From Clostridiales bacterium (GTDB taxonomy: Bacteria > Bacillota > Clostridia > Christensenellales > CAG-314): DNA of 64,000 nt. The stretch is from NCBI GenBank assembly GCA_022508305.1, contig JAFLVM010000003.1:39111-103110 (forward strand), given 5' to 3'. Under the pieces are notes generated by a model that was given only the letters and a program-made list of their open reading frames with translations, ran no database searches and had not been told where the DNA came from. This document shows, in pieces, positions 60,929 to 64,000 of the stretch (positions within the stretch are counted from its first letter, which is position 1; each line of letters opens with the position of its first letter). The position numbers and the translations under genes are program-made.

Positions 60929-61441
60929 ATGTGTGAGAATATCAATAAGAAACAAACAGTATGCTTTACGGGGCACAGAAGTCAGAAACTTCCATGGCGG
61001 TTTAATGAGGAAGATGAACGTTGTAAGTCAATGAAGAAGACTTTGCGCACGGAAATCGAAAAAACAATACGAAGAGGTTTTAGAACATTTCTCTGTGGGA
61101 TGGCTCTTGGTTTTGATATGATATGTGCTGAAATGGTGCTTGACCTTAAAAAGCACTATAAAGGAATCGAGATTATTGGTGCGCTTCCATGCAGAACTCA
61201 AGACTTACAATGGTCTGATAATTGTAGAGCAAGATACAGAAGTATTTTATCGCAATTGGACGGTATTCGTTGCATCTATGACAAGTATATTGGTTCTGAG
61301 TGTATGCTTGAACGTAACAGATTTATGGTAGACAATTCATGCGTAATGATCGCTTTGTTTGATGGTTTATCAGGAGGGACAAAATCCACTATAGAATATG
61401 CTCGTAATCAGGGGTTGGAAATCATTATTATCAAGCCATAA
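60929..61441 (+). CDS. SLOG superfamily protein (YspA/DUF1273-like)
   Basis: CFTGHR, FLCGMALGFD, LPC, ERNRFMVD, SGGTKSTIEYA. Confidence 0.85.
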   Translation: MCENINKKQTVCFTGHRSQKLPWRFNEEDERCKSMKKTLRTEIEKTIRRGFRTFLCGMALGFDMICAEMVLDLKKHYKGIEIIGALPCRTQDLQWSDNCRARYRSILSQLDGIRCIYDKYIGSECMLERNRFMVDNSCVMIALFDGLSGGTKSTIEYARNQGLEIIIIKP

Positions 61442-61794
61442 ACTTCGATAAATATATCGATTAAATATTTTTTTAAATTTTTTTATTTTTAGACTTAACT
61501 ATTTGTTGGTTTTCAAAGTATATATTAAAAAAAGGTACATTATATAGGCTTTTAGTATAAAGTATTATAATCATAAGGTACTTTTTGCTTATTTAAGGAA
61601 ACAAAAGTAATTTGCAAATAAGAAGACTAAAATTTATGAGAAAAGAAAATAATTAAGCGACTTTACATTTTATTGTAAAGTCACTTTTCCTATATTGCAT
61701 AGTTCACGATGACTATAGTGCAACACCCCACTATAACTATTTATATTATAGTTATCTATTGACTATAATTATAGTTATGACAAGGGGGTGGGTT

Positions 61795-62112
61795 ATGGAT
61801 GTTAAAGTAAGAATAAAAGAACTTATGAAAGAGCGTGGATTATCAATCTATGCTTTGGCAGTAAAATCCGATTTATCTCAAGCTTGCATAGCTAATTGGT
61901 ATAGTGAACGTAAATATATGCCTAGCATTGAAGCCTTAGAAAAGATTTGCGTTGGACTCGGAATAAGTATGGCAGAGTTATTTTGCGATAAAGATTCTGA
62001 ATGGTTGCCAGTAAAAGAAGAGAAAAGAGAATTGTTTTTCAAATGGGACAAATTAGATGCAGATGAACGTGAACTTATAATGCGCACTATAGATAAATTA
62101 ATTGAGAAGTAG
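61795..62112 (+). CDS. XRE-family HTH regulator
   Basis: RIKELMKERGLSIYALA...PSIEALEKICVGLGISMAELF; ATG 61795 after GGGGG. Confidence 0.88.
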   Translation: MDVKVRIKELMKERGLSIYALAVKSDLSQACIANWYSERKYMPSIEALEKICVGLGISMAELFCDKDSEWLPVKEEKRELFFKWDKLDADERELIMRTIDKLIEK

Positions 62113-62217
62113 TGTACGATAAATTAAAATTTTTAAAAATCTACAAATGAAAAGGGGCAGATGCACAAAGAGTAATACTCGAGATAATACTACTATTTTA
62201 TAATCATACGCGTATTT

Positions 62218-62712
62218 ATGAAGGCTAAAGAGTTTAACAAATTATTAAAGGCTATTAACTTGGAACATAATTTCAACAAAATTTATGTTGAATACTACCC
62301 TTTAATAGTTAGGTACACGAACTATTTATATCGTGGAAGAAAGATAGGTAAAGATGTCGCACAAGAGATTTTTACCTACTTTTTAACACACGAAAATTTA
62401 CCGTACGTTAATCATCCTACAGCTTGGATAAAAACTCTTTGTAAAAATATCGGAAGCAAACACATTAATACTGACGTTCAACTAGACGAAAGCATTATTG
62501 CAACAACAGTCAATGAACAAGTGCCATTAAAAGAGATTATAGAGATACTACCTTCTGATGAAAAGGAAATAATAGAACTTAAATACATACACGGCTTTAC
62601 ACTCAAAGAAATTGCTGAAATAAAGAAACGATCATACACCGCAGTACTCAAGCATCATTATAGAATATTAAAAAAACTAGAAAAGTTTTTGTCCAAAAAA
62701 TCCTTAAACTAA
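62218..62712 (+). CDS. ECF-type sigma-70 factor
   Basis: Region 2 (YYPLIV...KDVAQEIF...AWI) and region 4 (LPSDEKEIIELKYIHGFTLKEIAE). Confidence 0.8.
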   Translation: MKAKEFNKLLKAINLEHNFNKIYVEYYPLIVRYTNYLYRGRKIGKDVAQEIFTYFLTHENLPYVNHPTAWIKTLCKNIGSKHINTDVQLDESIIATTVNEQVPLKEIIEILPSDEKEIIELKYIHGFTLKEIAEIKKRSYTAVLKHHYRILKKLEKFLSKKSLN

Positions 62713-62748
62713 ACACTTATTTATAAGTGATGTTTAGGAGGACAAAAC

Positions 62749-63591
62749 ATGAAAAAAATATCTGTTTGCTTAGTAATTATATTACTAGCAACAATTCTTA
62801 CGGGAGTTTCTACAGCTTATGATGAAAATATCAGCAATACAATAGACCAGAGTTATAGTGACAGTACTAAGTATTTTGTAAAAACATATGGAGCTACTAC
62901 TTTTACAGAAAAAACAGAAAAAATAGCCTACACAAATAGAACAGATCAAAGCAGAAGCGTTGCACTGTTTGCACCAACATATGTTATTTCTGGAGTAACA
63001 TGCGTACCGACGGCAGGAACTACAGTCCTAGGATTTTATGATCTATTTTATCCTGATTTAATACCAAATTTTACTGCAGGTACAATTGTTTATGGAATGT
63101 ATAACTATTATCCGGCAACTACACATGTGACAACAGCAGCATTGCAATTGGCGAAAGATATGGGATTGAATGACCCCGCAACAGATGGTGCGACTGTTAG
63201 CAATTTTAAAACCGGCATGCAAATCTACTGCCAAAGAAAGGGATTGAGTATAAGTGCCCAAAGTTGTATGAATTCAGGAAGTTTTAATTACACTTTGGTA
63301 AAGGAATATGTAAATAATTTAACGCCAGTAGTAATATTCACGACCAAGTTTAATATTGGTTTTATAGAAACGCAGAGTAATACAGATACTGTTCATAGCT
63401 ATATTGCGACAGAACCGCATGCTATGTTTGTATATGGGTATAGTGAATATACATATACATTATCTAATGGACAAACAAAAACCAATCGCTATCTGCAAGT
63501 GTCTTCAGGACTTGGAATTTTAGATAGCGCACTAGTAAATATCGATGCTGATATATTAATTAATGATGCTTATGCAGTTACCATTTATTAA
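62749..63591 (+). CDS. Secreted papain-like (C10/C39-like) cysteine peptidase
   Basis: Signal peptide; CVPTAG (Cys), HAMFVYGY (His), YLQVSSGLG. Confidence 0.65.
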   Translation: MKKISVCLVIILLATILTGVSTAYDENISNTIDQSYSDSTKYFVKTYGATTFTEKTEKIAYTNRTDQSRSVALFAPTYVISGVTCVPTAGTTVLGFYDLFYPDLIPNFTAGTIVYGMYNYYPATTHVTTAALQLAKDMGLNDPATDGATVSNFKTGMQIYCQRKGLSISAQSCMNSGSFNYTLVKEYVNNLTPVVIFTTKFNIGFIETQSNTDTVHSYIATEPHAMFVYGYSEYTYTLSNGQTKTNRYLQVSSGLGILDSALVNIDADILINDAYAVTIY

Positions 63592-63602
63592 AGGTGCCAA
63601 AG

Positions 63603-64000
63603 ATGAAAATAAAAAAAGTATTGAATGAAGAGAAAAAAAGAATAGACTCTGAACTACTAGAAGAAGGGCAAGACCTATATCAAGATTTGGTATCCAAATA
63701 TTGTGTATCGGAGAGCAAAACTAGTAGCAAAAGCAATTTCTCCAAAAGACGCCTATTTGTTTCAATAAGCGTTTCTCTTGTGGTCGTCTTAGTTATAGCT
63801 GCAGTCTGGATTTTTTATCCAACCTCGGAAATTCAATATTTTGCCGATGATGAAGCTCGAATTGATGTTACGATGGAAGACTTTCTTAACGATACGAATA
63901 ATACTGTTCACTTTGATGAAAGTGTATATTCGATAGAAAATCTTGTTAAAGTCTATGATCAACCAACAAATGATACGTTATATTATGATATAATGTTTCT
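63603..64000 (+). CDS. 3'-truncated single-TM protein, probable anti-sigma factor
   Basis: MKIKKVLNEE...KRRLFVSISVSLVVVLVIAAVWIFYP...; open to the window end; near the ECF sigma. Confidence 0.55.
   Translation, partial: MKIKKVLNEEKKRIDSELLEEGQDLYQDLVSKYCVSESKTSSKSNFSKRRLFVSISVSLVVVLVIAAVWIFYPTSEIQYFADDEARIDVTMEDFLNDTNNTVHFDESVYSIENLVKVYDQPTNDTLYYDIMF

Larger units (their letters stand above)
54540..64000. mobile_element. AT-rich accessory/defence island (right end outside window; no integrase seen)
   Basis: Abrupt compositional and codon-usage shift after 54,540; defence-type cargo. Confidence 0.6.

Overview
Chromosomal segment of a spore-forming, low-to-mid-GC Firmicute, probably an uncultured Clostridia (inferred from yqfC/yqfD, YhcN/YlaJ and the phoH-HD-ybeY-era-yqzL-recO block). 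Bases 1-54,000 are mostly core and metabolic genes: GH13 and GH3 glycosidases, pgi, hisS, P-type ATPases (copA/csoR, cadA/cadC), ABC transporters, deoC, two tRNAs, and a surface-lipoprotein starch/maltodextrin utilisation locus. Small AT-rich islets interrupt this core; the most notable is a PD-(D/E)xK-like nuclease plus beta-CASP/MBL nuclease pair directly behind tRNA-Leu. From about 54,540 to the end the DNA is markedly AT-rich and looks like a defence/accessory island. It holds an AbiH-TPR fusion, an OLD-type ABC-ATPase/TOPRIM nuclease, three promoter-and-terminator-delimited structured RNA candidates (two with visible pseudoknots, recalling the drum and skipping-rope motifs) around an uncharacterised three-gene operon and a SLOG/YspA gene, then XRE, ECF sigma, a secreted cysteine peptidase and a probable anti-sigma. 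The ncRNA-bracketed module at about 58.9-61.4 kb is the best candidate for an undescribed system. All family calls come from motif recognition only; no searches were run.
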